DNA of 64,000 nt from Octopus sinensis (lineage: Eukaryota): contig NC_043005.1 of assembly GCF_006345805.1 (NCBI RefSeq), positions 13,950,001 through 14,014,000 of the forward strand, in the 5' to 3' direction. The stretch's first letter is position 1. Each line of letters opens with the position of its first letter. The notes under the pieces were generated by a model. That model saw nothing but the letters and a program-made list of their open reading frames with translations, did no database searches and was not told the DNA's origin. Shown in pieces: positions 53,622 to 64,000 of this stretch. The translations under genes were made by a program, and so were the position numbers.

Positions 53622-55848
53622 CTAACGAAATAAGCATACTCTCCAAAGGACTTAAATTTACACCTACCCCACAACGTTCTAATTACTATGAAATGAAAGA
53701 TGATATTTCGGAATTTTGCAGAAAACTAAGACTCACCGAGGCATTTCAAGACAAACAAATAGAGGAGGACTCAATAGCTAGAAACAAGAGCAATTACACC
53801 CCCACCAAGGGAAAGAATAAAGCCTTAGACCGCTATTGTGACTACATAACTAATTTCCCGTTTCAATTCATCAAGAAACAAAAACACAGCCCTAACTTCA
53901 ACAAAAGAGAATGGAACGACCTCATCAAACTAAGAGAAGACAAAACAATAACAATTAAGGAGGCAGATAAGGGCAACGCGATAGTAATAATGAATACAAA
54001 CGATTATAAAAATTTAGTGCTATCCCTATTAAGAGATGAAACGTATTATGAAAGGGCCCAACAGTATAATCAGCAAAAAATAATGCATAACCTTAGGACA
54101 TTAATCAACACATACCAAGAAGGACTCACGAACAAGGAGTATGAATACATCACTAACTTCAAATGCAAATCGAGTTTGTTCTATGGCATCCCTAAGGTAC
54201 ACAAAAGCCAAATAATTAGAGAAACGTGCAAAACATCCACCGACACACTCATCAAAATCCCTTCACCAAATGATCTTAAACTAAGACCGATAATAGCAGG
54301 GCCAGCATGTGAAACTCACCGCCTCAGCAATTTCTTAGACACACTTCTTAAACCTTTCCTAAAACACATCAAAAGCTACGTAAGAGACGATATAGATATG
54401 CTCAACCACCTCCCTAAAACAGTCAATGAGAAAACCTTCTAGTATCATTCGACGTAGTTAATCTTTATTCTAACATCCCTCACAACCTAGGAATAGAAGC
54501 GATCACCTTCTGGCTGAATAACTACCCCTTTGAACTCCCAACTCGCATAAACAAAGACCTTATAATAGAAGGACTTAGATTCATTTTAGAGAACAATTAT
54601 TTTATTTTTGACAATGATTTCTATAGACAAAGATCGGGAACAGCGATGGGCACGCGTACTGCACCATCTTTTGCCAACCTAGTGATGGGATACCTCGAGA
54701 AAATACTATACCGGAAAACACTCGAGAAATATGGAAACACCTTCGCCACCTATATCCATAACAACTGGAAAAGATACCTCGATGACTGTTTCATCATCTG
54801 GGACAAAGGTATAGAGAAACTTGAGGAATTTAAAATACTATTAAATGGAATAAATGACAATATACAATTCACGATGGACCACAACGAAAAAGAATTACCA
54901 TTTTTAGACATCCTCATTAAGAAAACCGGCAACAAAATAGAGACAGATATCTACTATAAACCGACAGACTCTAAACAGTACCTACCCTTTGATTCATGCC
55001 ACCCACGACACACTAGAATGAATGTCCCTTTTTGTTTAGCTAGAAGGATTTGCACCATAATATCAGACACAAACACCCGACACACACGTCTCCAGGAACT
55101 TAGAACCACACTCACAAATAGAAACTATTCACAGCCCCTAATAGACAGTGCAATCCAACGGGTACTTAAATTAAGTATAGAAAACCTGAGACAAACAAAA
55201 CCAAAAAAGAAAGAACAATTAAAAACCCTTCCCTACATCTCTACACACAACCCACTCAACAATGAGGCCTTCAACACCATACTACAAAGCACAGCCCTAC
55301 TAAAGGGAGACCCAAAGATGAACCGGGTCCTCGAAACACACACCATCATTAAAAGTAAACGGCAACCAAAATCCTTGAAAAGGATTTTAACCCAAGCTAC
55401 ACTGCACTCAACATCAACCACAAAACCAGCAGTTAGAAAATGTGGAAGGCCCAACTGCGGAATCTGTGTCATCTTGAAAGAAGGATCAGAATTCATACTG
55501 GAACAAGGCCACCAGTTCACCATTAGAACAAACTTCACCTGCGCATCAGAAAACTTAATTTACGTCATAACATGCGCAGGCTGCAATAGGCAGTATATAG
55601 GCCATACAAAAAATAGCTTACGTAACAGGATGACGGTGCATAAATCACAAATTAGAAACCCTGATTACCGCAAAATACCGGTCAGCGGACACATAGATAG
55701 ATGTGCTGGAAATGTAAATCCGAAATTTACAACTAACCCGCTCTATAAATTCAGTGACAACGCAACCTTCACACAACGCCAAAATAAAGAACTGTATTTC
55801 ATTAAAAAATTTAGACCAAGTTTAAACACCCTGGGCCAGGAATATTAA
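53620..55848 (+). pseudogene. PLE reverse transcriptase-GIY-YIG endonuclease ORF with a single 1-bp frameshift
   Basis: LSKGLKFTPTP, IKEADKGNAIVIM, FYGIPKVHK, LRPII; frameshift at ~54437 (restoring one base gives KTLLVSFDVVNLYSNIPH); GTAMGT, WKRYLDD, YYKPTD..SCHP, CGRPNCGIC, NLIYVITCAGCNRQYIGHT. Confidence 0.95.
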
Positions 55849-56024
55849 AACAAAAGATAAGTCCTCCGAAAAGGAGAAGCAAAATTCCACCACGGCCGCT
55901 ACCTTAAACAGTCACTCGCACTGACGAAAATATGCCTTAGTAAAAAAGGAAAAAAATTTTTTCGTGCAAATCTGACCCTGATGGACTGACCACATACGAT
56001 ACAGCTAAGGGTCAGACCCGATTC

Positions 56025-56490
56025 TGATTGGTCAACACGTTGATGACGTCTAGTTCTGCTAGAATGAACAGGATACAAACAGGGGGCAGAGATTAGTCAG
56101 AATATTGATGACGTCCTTTTCTGCTTGACTAGTCACCTAACAAGAAACAGACAGGGGGCAGATCTAATGCAGCTATAAGTCGTGATTGGGCAGAATCTTG
56201 ATGACGTCCCGTTCTGCTTGACTAAGCCACCTAACGAAACGACTGGTCAAAACAGGATACAGACAAGAGGCAGTTATAATACAGCGATAGGTCACGATTG
56301 GTCAGAATGTTGATGACGTCTCGTTCTGCTTGACTAAAGCCACCTAACGAAACGATTGGTCAAAACGTTGATGATGTCACGCTACGCTGGACTGACCACC
56401 TAACAGGCATTATAAAACCCGAACAATTCACAAGACTCACCAGAATCACCCAGCGAACACCCACCATGGGTCATCACAATTGCTCAAGGT
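56025..56490 (+). promoter_or_regulatory. Pseudo-LTR Pol II promoter: 5x (ATTGG-N9-TGATGACGTC), TATA box, Kozak ATG, splice donor
   Basis: CRE-like motifs at 56041, 56106, 56199, 56311, 56369, each 9 nt after ATTGG/ATTAG; TATAAAA 56411; CCACCATGG with ATG at 56466; AG|GTAAAA at 56488/9. Confidence 0.65.
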
Positions 56491-56735
56491 AAAAATGAAT
56501 TCCTCTCTCTTTCGGGAACATCAATCTTCTGTATTGACTGCTTTCCACCACTTTGATCTGTTTTTTATATTGAATACGTATCGCCACCGTGGGCCACTGC
56601 ATCGAACACTTTGAACATATAGCATGAATGAACTTACTTCAAACTATATATGAACTTTAAGATGTCTGACTCCGTTGTGTATTGTAAATGAATTTCTTGT
56701 GTTTGACGGCATGAGCTGTCTTTTTTTATATACAA

Positions 56736-56780
56736 CTTTTTTTGATAAGGTTCATTTCAGGAACTGAAACATGTTATAAT
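56736..56780 (+). ncRNA. Hammerhead ribozyme motif, U3-A8 variant
   Basis: UUGAUAA (56742-48) GGUUC auuucag GAACU GAAAC AU GUU|; stem I weak. Confidence 0.55.
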
Positions 56781-56837
56781 GTATATATAAAAATTAAAAA
56801 TTGTATAATATAGCAGCATTTTCGAACTTCATTTTTT

Positions 56838-56880
<43 letters not shown>

Positions 56881-56920
56881 AATATATGTATGTATGTAAA
56901 TGTGTATATATATATATATA

Positions 56921-57149
56921 CGGCGAGCTGGCAGAAACGTTAGCACACCGGGCGAAATGCTTAGCGGTATTGCGTCTGTCGTTGCGTTCTGAGTTCAAAT
57001 TCCGCCGAGGTCGACTTTGCCTTTCATCCTTTCGGGGTCGATAAATTAAGTACCAGTTACGCACTGGGGTCGATGTAATCGACTTAATCCGTTTGTCTGT
57101 CCTTGTTTGTCCCCTCTATGTTTAGCCCCTTTGTGGGTAGTAAAGAAAC
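56921..57149 (+). mobile_element. SINE family A
   Basis: Near-identical to the other copies. Confidence 0.92.
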
Positions 57150-57174
57150 ATATATACGTAGGTATATGGACATA

Positions 57175-57236
<62 letters not shown>

Positions 57237-57308
57237 GTGTGTGTGTATGTACATGTATATATATGTTTGTATATGTACATGTATGTGTATATGTATATAA
57301 TATATATG

Positions 57309-57352
<44 letters not shown>

Positions 57353-58232
57353 CTGTGTATATATATGTATATATATATATGTATATATATATATATACGT
57401 ATGTATATATATACATATAAATATATATGTATATATATGTATATATATGAATGTATATATGCATATATATCTATATATGTGTGTATGTGTGTGTGTGTGA
57501 ATTTGTATGTGTATATATGTATATATGTATGTCTTTTATCTTTTGTTTCACTCTTTAGACTGCGGTACATCTTGGAATTCCTAGACGAATAAATCAACCA
57601 AAATACTTATACCTTAAGCCTGGCTCTTATTCTATCGGTATCTTGGTGGTGGTGGGACAAACACAGACAGAAACACTCTCACTCAGGTTGACGAAATTAA
57701 CAATAGATAGCGAATCAATTACTTGTTCAACATAATTTCTCATGTCCCACAAACGATGTCAATATCATGAGAAAAACAAGCAAGACGTTCAGGAAAAGCT
57801 AAATTCCTATACTTTCTCACATTTCCTTTCTCTTAAAATAACTTCTTGTAACGCTTTTACAGTCATGAACATTGACTAGACGAAACCTTCGCATAATCTA
57901 GATAGGTGACAAAAATTAATGGTATTGGCTTTGATGGTTGCGGAAAAAATGTAAAATTAATGTAAAGCAACGTTCGAGGTTAATTGTGGGAGTATTGCAA
58001 GTAGGCATTGAAGTTAGCAAATATACTATAATATTTACTGAATATTTTCTTTTCTTGTGGCAAATGTCCATAAAACATTGAAGGGGGACAACAAAACAGT
58101 GACTAGCAAACATAAAACGGAAACACAGAATGCTATATCATGTTTTCAGTACCATTAGCTAAGAAAGAAGAATAAATTATCTTCAGCAAAAGTAAAACGA
58201 AACAGATGGTGCATAAAAAGGGTGGTTGCTGC

Positions 58233-58535
58233 TCATCATCATCATCATCATTGTTCGACCGTGGTCGAGACAATGGAATTTACCATGCTACGCCAGACTT
58301 CACGGTCCATCATGGCATTACGGAGGTCCTGTTGCTGGATGCCTGTATCCCTGGAGATTACATCAGGGTAGGAGAGTGTGCGCCCTCTGGTATTGCGAGT
58401 AGATGGCTTCCAGAGGAGAAGAGTAGAAATTACCTCTTTTTCAGCTCTACAACAATGTAAAGCAAACTGGACTCTCCTACCTTTCACAAGAGATGACACA
58501 GGTGGTAATTTCCCATATATTTGCATTTTGGTTGC
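58233..58535 (-). mobile_element. RTE-type LINE 3' end with (ATG)n tail
   Basis: TKMQIYGKLPPVSSLVKGRRVQFALHCCRAEKEVISTLLLWKP..AMMDREVWRSMV, stop, then (tga)n. Confidence 0.85.
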
Positions 58536-58858
58536 TGCTACTTCTAGTTCGGTATCGTAATTGTATGAATAACACCAATGTCTATAAACATAACAACATG
58601 CTTTGATGTTAGACAAAAGTACTTGGATTTTCCTCGGTAGCATCAATGCTGCATGGCACTGCTGGAGGTAGTAATACGCCCTGAAATATTTGTGATCTTT
58701 CGTCAATAATTGATGAAAGGAGTGTCTCGCAACATTAACTCTAAGAGGAATTTGTCTGTGTGTGTGTGTGTCCTTAAATTGCATTAAAACCAAACGACTC
58801 TATTCAAGTTTATCTTCCTTATTAAGGATGATTTTCGTCTCTCTTTAAAATTTCGTTA

Positions 58859-59273
58859 TACAGTGGAACTTCGATTTACGAATTTGATTCGTTCTTGAAG
58901 GCAAAATGTCACCCAAAATGTTCGTAAGCCGGAAGTATTTTCCCATAGGAAATTCAAAAGAAGACACAGTGAATTCGAGCGGGGATGTGCACTGAGCAAA
59001 AGCCAGACAGCAACTAGCACTTCTTCCGATACTCCCAGTTTGTCGTCAACCGTTGTTACTCGATTGCGTGTTCGTTACTCGAGACACCATGCGCCACCCG
59101 AGACTCCTTCCGATACTCCCAGTTTGTCGTCAACCGTTGTTACTCGATTGCGTGTTCGTTACTCGAGACACCATGCGCCACACGAGACTCCTTCCGATAC
59201 TCCCAGTTTGTCGTCAACCGTTGTTACTCGATTGCGTGTTCGTTACTCGAGACACCATGCGCCACCCGAGACT
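58859..59273. mobile_element. Tigger/pogo-like terminal fragment containing a tandem array
   Basis: Starts TA-cagtggaacttcgatttacgaatttgattcgttc..ttttcccataggaa; second TIR not seen. Confidence 0.5.
59023..59273. repeat. 84-bp tandem repeat x3
   Basis: Units start at 59023, 59107 and 59191; one substitution in total. Confidence 0.95.
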
Positions 59274-59419
59274 TTTTGTGTTTTATTCTGTAATTGATAT
59301 TGCTCCCATGGCTAATCATCTAGTTTTGTGGAGAATTCTATATAAAATGAATAAAGCATCCATACCTGATGGATGTTTTATCTAATTTGTTGTGCTACGT
59401 AGAGTGCTATGCTGCAGGT

Positions 59420-59752
59420 GTGAAGGCGCGTGGCTTAGTGGTTAGGGCATTCGGCTCATGATCATAAGGTCGTGAGTTCGATTCCCGGCGACGCGTTGTG
59501 TCCTTGAGCAAGACACTTTATTTCACGTTGCTCCAGTCCATTCAGCTGGCAAAAATGAGTTGTACCTGTATTTCAAAGGGCCGGCTTCGTCACATTCTGT
59601 TTCACGCTGAATCTCCCTGAGAACTACGTTAGGGATACGCGTGTCTGTGGAGTGCTCAGCCACTTGCACGTTATTTTCACGAGCAAGCTGTTCCGTTGAT
59701 CGTATCAGCTGGGACCCTCGTCGTCGTAACAGACGGAGTGCTAAAAAAAAAA
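59420..59752 (+). mobile_element. tRNA-derived SINE family D (different head, family C tail, poly-A)
   Basis: A box tggcttagtgg, B box gttcgattcc, gtccttgagcaagacact; tail tgtacctgtatttcaaagggccgg..gtcgtcgtaacagacggagtgc shared with family C. Confidence 0.88.
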
Positions 59753-59988
59753 ATTTTAAAAAAAAGATATGCTGCTATTATTCCATGTTTTAAAAATGCA
59801 GGCTCAGCTTACAAGTGTGTCAATGTTTAACGGTGTGAACGAAAATGATCGCAGCTTTAATGTTTGCAGATAAACTTTAAAATTACAGTAAACATCTGAA
59901 ATTTGCTCAATTGTGTGCGGGTTTGTGAGTTATTTTTAATTAGGAAAATATTAATTTTGTTTTTCTTTTCCGTAATATATATAATTAA

Positions 59989-61540
59989 CTAGCTGAATGA
60001 CCCGGCGTTGCTCGGGTTACTGCTGTTCTTATTTAGACTAGTAAACAATAAATAAAATGATATAGTCTCATAATTATATCTATATTTTATCTTAAAATAT
60101 CCAAATTGTAATGATGATAGAATTTAGAACTGAAAATCTATCAATCTCGAAGCACCTGAGGATAAAAAAAATATTCATCGTGTCACTCTTTTTTTTTTTT
60201 TTTTTGGAAGCAACAATTTATTCATTTCAACACCAACTCGGCATCAAGCAACATAGAGTTGGCCATGGGAAAAGATGTAGAAGAGAGATCAACTCCAACG
60301 ACCCTGAGGGATTGGCCGTGAGACTTGTTTACTGAAATACCAAAACTTAGTTTAACTGGAAACTGAAGCATGAGAGGAATTTTTGAAATAAAGACATTTT
60401 TTCCTTTGTGACTACCTGTTATGATTGTTGCCTGTAGGACATGGGACTTCGTGGAAGTAACAATGAAGTGAATTCCATTACACAGATGAGATGGGTCAAA
60501 ATTACTAAGCAACATAATGGGAGCACCCAGTTTTAGTGTCAAGTTATGCGGTGGCATTCCGCTAGGTTTAAGTGTGTTCAGAAATTCAACAGGGTATTGA
60601 CAACCTGATCTTGATCGACTGTTGTCATTTCTGATGTATCCGTTAACTTTTGAAGAAGTTCATGAATAGGTTTATCAACAATTTCATTAGTTGGAGCTAG
60701 TATATATTTCTTTACTGCCCACAAAGGGCTAAACATAGAGGGGACAAACACGGACAGACAAAGGGATTAAGTCGATTACATCGACCCCAGTGCGTAACTG
60801 GTACTTTATTTATCGACCCCGAAATGATGAAAGGCAAAGTCGACTCCGCGGAATTTGAACTCAGAACGTAACGGCGGACGAAATACGGCTACGCATTTCG
60901 CCCGTCGTGCTAACGTTTCTGCCAGCTCACCGCCTTGGAGCTAGTTGGAGCTTGTATAGCTCTTTCACGTAGTTTACATCAGTGTAATTGACAGATAAAT
61001 TAAGAAATGCTTTATCCATAAGATCTATATGAGTAAGTATCATATGACCGCATGTAATTTCATGTAGCTGAAGTCTTGAGCTGAATGTTAATATCCCATT
61101 ACCAATCTTAAGAAGTTAGTATGATCACCTTGTAGAAATACTCCGTTGATGTTGCTTATAAGATGATGTTTTTTCATGTCTCCAAAGGTACGATACTTTG
61201 AAGTATGCATTGACCTCATCAGCTTTTGACCCTTTGGGTATAACTGGCAGCGTTTGACTAGAATCTCCTACAAGAACTGTTACTCCCTCCATAAGCGTGC
61301 TATTGTTTCTTATGTCTTGGAGGTCAAGTACCTCTGAAGCTCCGCGATGTGACAGCGCACTCATCCCAAACAATGAGGCAAGTTTGTTGGCGAACTGTTG
61401 CCATTGCAGAGTTTTGGGAAATGTTGCACATTTGAGATTCTTTCATTGCATGGTTTAGAGAGAACTTGAACGTGGAATAAGCAGTTCTTCTCCCCATTGA
61501 AGAGGGTAGCTGCAAAACCAGAAGATGCAACACTGGAAGG
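59989..61540 (-). mobile_element. Helitron remnant: PIF1-like helicase fragments and 3' terminus
   Basis: [79 protein letters not shown]; 3' end cccgagcaacgccggg..CTAG at 59989. Confidence 0.9.
60705..60935 (-). mobile_element. SINE family A inserted in the Helitron
   Basis: Family match; TSD ttggagctagt. Confidence 0.9.
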
Positions 61541-61569
61541 TTAAATTTTATTTCCTCCCATTTAGGATT

Positions 61570-62331
61570 GCAGGTGAAAGTGATAAAAAGATCAAGCTTT
61601 CTATATGCCCTGACATGTCATAGCATCTTGTGTTCATGCGTGCATATATCGAGGACCACCAGTGAATGATGAAGGGGGGATTATAAATTGCTCCATGTTT
61701 TGAATATCATCATCTGTCCTCAGAGCATTTTGAAACATATGTTGGAAGTAAAGTGTTGGGAGACATATATCAGTTGGGAGACAAAAGGTTTAGCATTTGC
61801 AGCCCTCTCATTGTATTCAGTATTTTGAAGCTGACGATGAACAGTTTTCTTTGACACAAGTTTGGCAAAGTAGTAAGTTTAGTTCTTGTGTTATTTTTTC
61901 TGTCGTAGCTTGATTGTTTTTAGACACACGTTTTATTATTTTGCGCTCCTTCTCTGTGAGCTTCGGCATCTGTAAGAAATTATGCTTGCTAGAGTTGGAT
62001 TTATCTTCATTTGGGGATGCAAACATGATTTTGGAGACTGTATTTCTGGGAACATTAAACAGTTCAGTAGTTTTAGTAACCGAAATTCCAGGCATCCGCG
62101 CCCCTACAATCTTTTCTCTTTGGAAATCAAACTGGTCACGCATTTTAACTTATTTAGATATAAATGTCTATAACAAGAGAAAGATAAAGGGTTATATCAC
62201 GAAGTACAAAGAATACACAAAGCACATAAATACGCATATACAGACTAAAGCCATTCTGAACTTGTCTTATTGCCAATAGAAACAATAGTAAGATAAAAAG
62301 TGGTGTTCCCATTATTTTAGGCAACCCCTGT
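61570..62331 (-). mobile_element. Tc1-family transposon remnant
   Basis: TIR tacaggggttgcctaaaataatgggaacacc; MRDQFDFQREKIVGARMPGISVTKTTELFNVPRNTVSKIM; related to 13275-14252. Confidence 0.8.
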
Positions 62332-62759
62332 ATGCGTGCGCGCGCGCGTGTGTGTATCTGTGTACTTGTAGGTATATGAGATGCCGTTTGTGGAGTATAT
62401 AGTAGCCGAGAAGACTTTTAACCTGTGGCAAAGGTTATTTCATGAAACCTTTCATGCACAGTCGCAGCCATAATCAAGGTCATGATTTAAAGGGGAAAAG
62501 TGGACTCTAAAATGTGTTTGGACATTTCCATGTGATCTTATGCTTATTCTCACCTGAGATGGAGTTCTGACATACAAAAAAAAACAAAGACAACGGCAGC
62601 GACGAACCTGAAATCATTGCCAGTAACTTGTCCAGTAACTTAGTCATTCAGCTACTGCGTTGTTCGTGTATGTCAGGGTAGAAAGACATTTAAGATGCTG
62701 ACATTTAAAAAAGCATGCTATATAATCTGCCTATCACAGATAGCTGTACGTAAGTATAG

Positions 62760-63140
62760 TGGAGGCGCAATGGCCCAGTGGTTAGGGCAGCGGACTCGCG
62801 GTCATAGGATCGCGGTTTCGATTCCCAGACCGGGCGTTGTGAGTGTTTATTGAGCGAAAACACCTAAAGCTCCACGAGGCTCCGGCAGGGGATGGTGGTG
62901 ATCCCTGCTGTACTCTTTCACCTCAACTTTCTCTCACTCTTACTTCCTGTTTCTGTTGTACCTGTATTTCAAGGGGCCTTGTCACTCTCGGTGTCACGCT
63001 GAATATCCCCGAGAACTACGTTAAGGGTACACGTGTCTGTGGAGTGCTCAGCCACTTACACGTTAATTTCACGAGCAGGCTGTTCCGTTAATCGGATCAA
63101 CCGGAACCCTCGTCGTCGTAACTGACGGAGTGCTTCCACC
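62760..63140 (+). mobile_element. SINE family C, full length, 12-bp TSD
   Basis: TSD acgtaagtatag at 62748-62759 and 63141-63152. Confidence 0.93.
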
Positions 63141-63423
63141 ACGTAAGTATAGAACAGATGTTAGCGTCACTTTTCAACTGAGGAATCCAACCGTATCATG
63201 TGATTTCTAAATAGTTTGCGTGGTTGATTTTGAAGAAATTGTAGAGAACTTCTCAAATAAATGATGCAGGTGCATTCTAATGTAAACCACATAAGTATTG
63301 CAATGAAGTGGTTGAATGAGGTGGTTGACACTTCTCAGATTCCAAACCATTAGGATTCCGAGAACTTTAGTGGGTGAGTTGTTATTACTCTTATTGTTAA
63401 TAACTTGCTTTGTCAATGCTGCT

Positions 63424-63761
63424 TGTTTGTTTGTTGAGCGAAGCGGTCTTCGTCCCAGAGCTCGCAAGATCGCGCCTCTGTAGTGGGAGAAGTCCGAAAC
63501 GAGGTCCTTTGCTATTCGTAAGAAGAGAAAGCAGGTCAACCCCCGACACCGAGAGCATCCAGGCTCAGCGGTTGCATAAGAAGTTGGGGAAACAGGAAAA
63601 AAGAGTGAGAGAAAGAGTACAACAGCGGTCGTCACCACCCCTGCCGGAGCTTTTAGGTGCTTTCGCGCAATAAACACACACAACGCCCGGTCTGGGAATC
63701 GAAATCGCGATCCTCCGACCGCGAGTCCGCTGCCCTAACCACTGGGCCATTGCGCCTCCAC
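63424..63761 (-). mobile_element. SINE with family C head but a different tail ending (AAAC)n
   Basis: TSD tgtcaatgctgct at 63411-63423 and 63762-63774; head 63761-63590 matches family C. Confidence 0.88.
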
Positions 63762-64000
63762 TGTCAATGCTGCTGTTGTTTGCGGTGTTATCTATTATCT
63801 GTTTAAGACCCTGAACTGCTGTCTGTCTGGTTTCATCGCTGCTACTATCTTCAACATCGCTGATTAAAGTGTTGGGTTTGAGTGGTGGTGCAGCTACCTA
63901 ACTTAAACTTTACTGCTCCTGTCACTCGAATGAGTGGAGGAAATTGGTATACTGCTTTCTTGTTTGCTATTTTACTTGAAGAAAGGATTGCCTACATGAA

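Larger units (their letters stand above)
53620..56840 (+). mobile_element. Penelope-like retroelement (Naiad/Neptune-type), slightly 5'-truncated, with 3' pseudo-LTR, in a (TA)n tract
   Basis: RT + GIY-YIG ORF, ~1-kb 3' region with promoter array and hammerhead; TA tracts at 53550-53619 and 56842-56878; no TSD visible. Confidence 0.93.

Noticed and set aside
53620-55848. Selenocysteine recoding, as reported for some Naiad PLEs
   Set aside because: No in-frame TGA in the ORF; the break is a frameshift.
59023-59273. CRISPR-like array or repeat protein
   Set aside because: Whole units are identical with no unique spacers, no cas genes, eukaryotic context; open frames follow from the 84-bp period.
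63476-63512. Hammerhead-like CUGUAGU GGGAgaagUCC GAAAC gag GUC
   Set aside because: Two core deviations, no stem I, and antisense to the SINE.

Overview
Eukaryotic, AT-rich, repeat-saturated genomic DNA; the SINE, microsatellite and transposon content looks like an Octopus (coleoid cephalopod) genome, which is my inference. Only one host coding exon is convincing: the first coding exon of a PLAC8/cornifelin-family gene (minus strand, 1598-1389), which splices out past the left edge. Most ORFs in the track are microsatellite artefacts. The remainder is transposon material: a near-complete Penelope-like retroelement (RT + GIY-YIG, one frameshift, 3' pseudo-LTR), a full-length dead mariner, Tc1 and mariner derivatives, a Helitron helicase remnant and non-autonomous Helitrons, R4/Dong-type and RTE LINE fragments, and dozens of tRNA-derived SINEs. 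The least expected signal is about ten minimal hammerhead-ribozyme (HHR) motifs from several unrelated families, mostly in short inserts within (TA)n tracts and often with inverted duplications. They include core variants (U3-A8 covariation, A6U) and one element fusing a tRNA/Pol III head to an HHR tail (35519-35915), a candidate Penelope-mobilised ribozyme SINE. Everything was read by eye; no search or folding was run.
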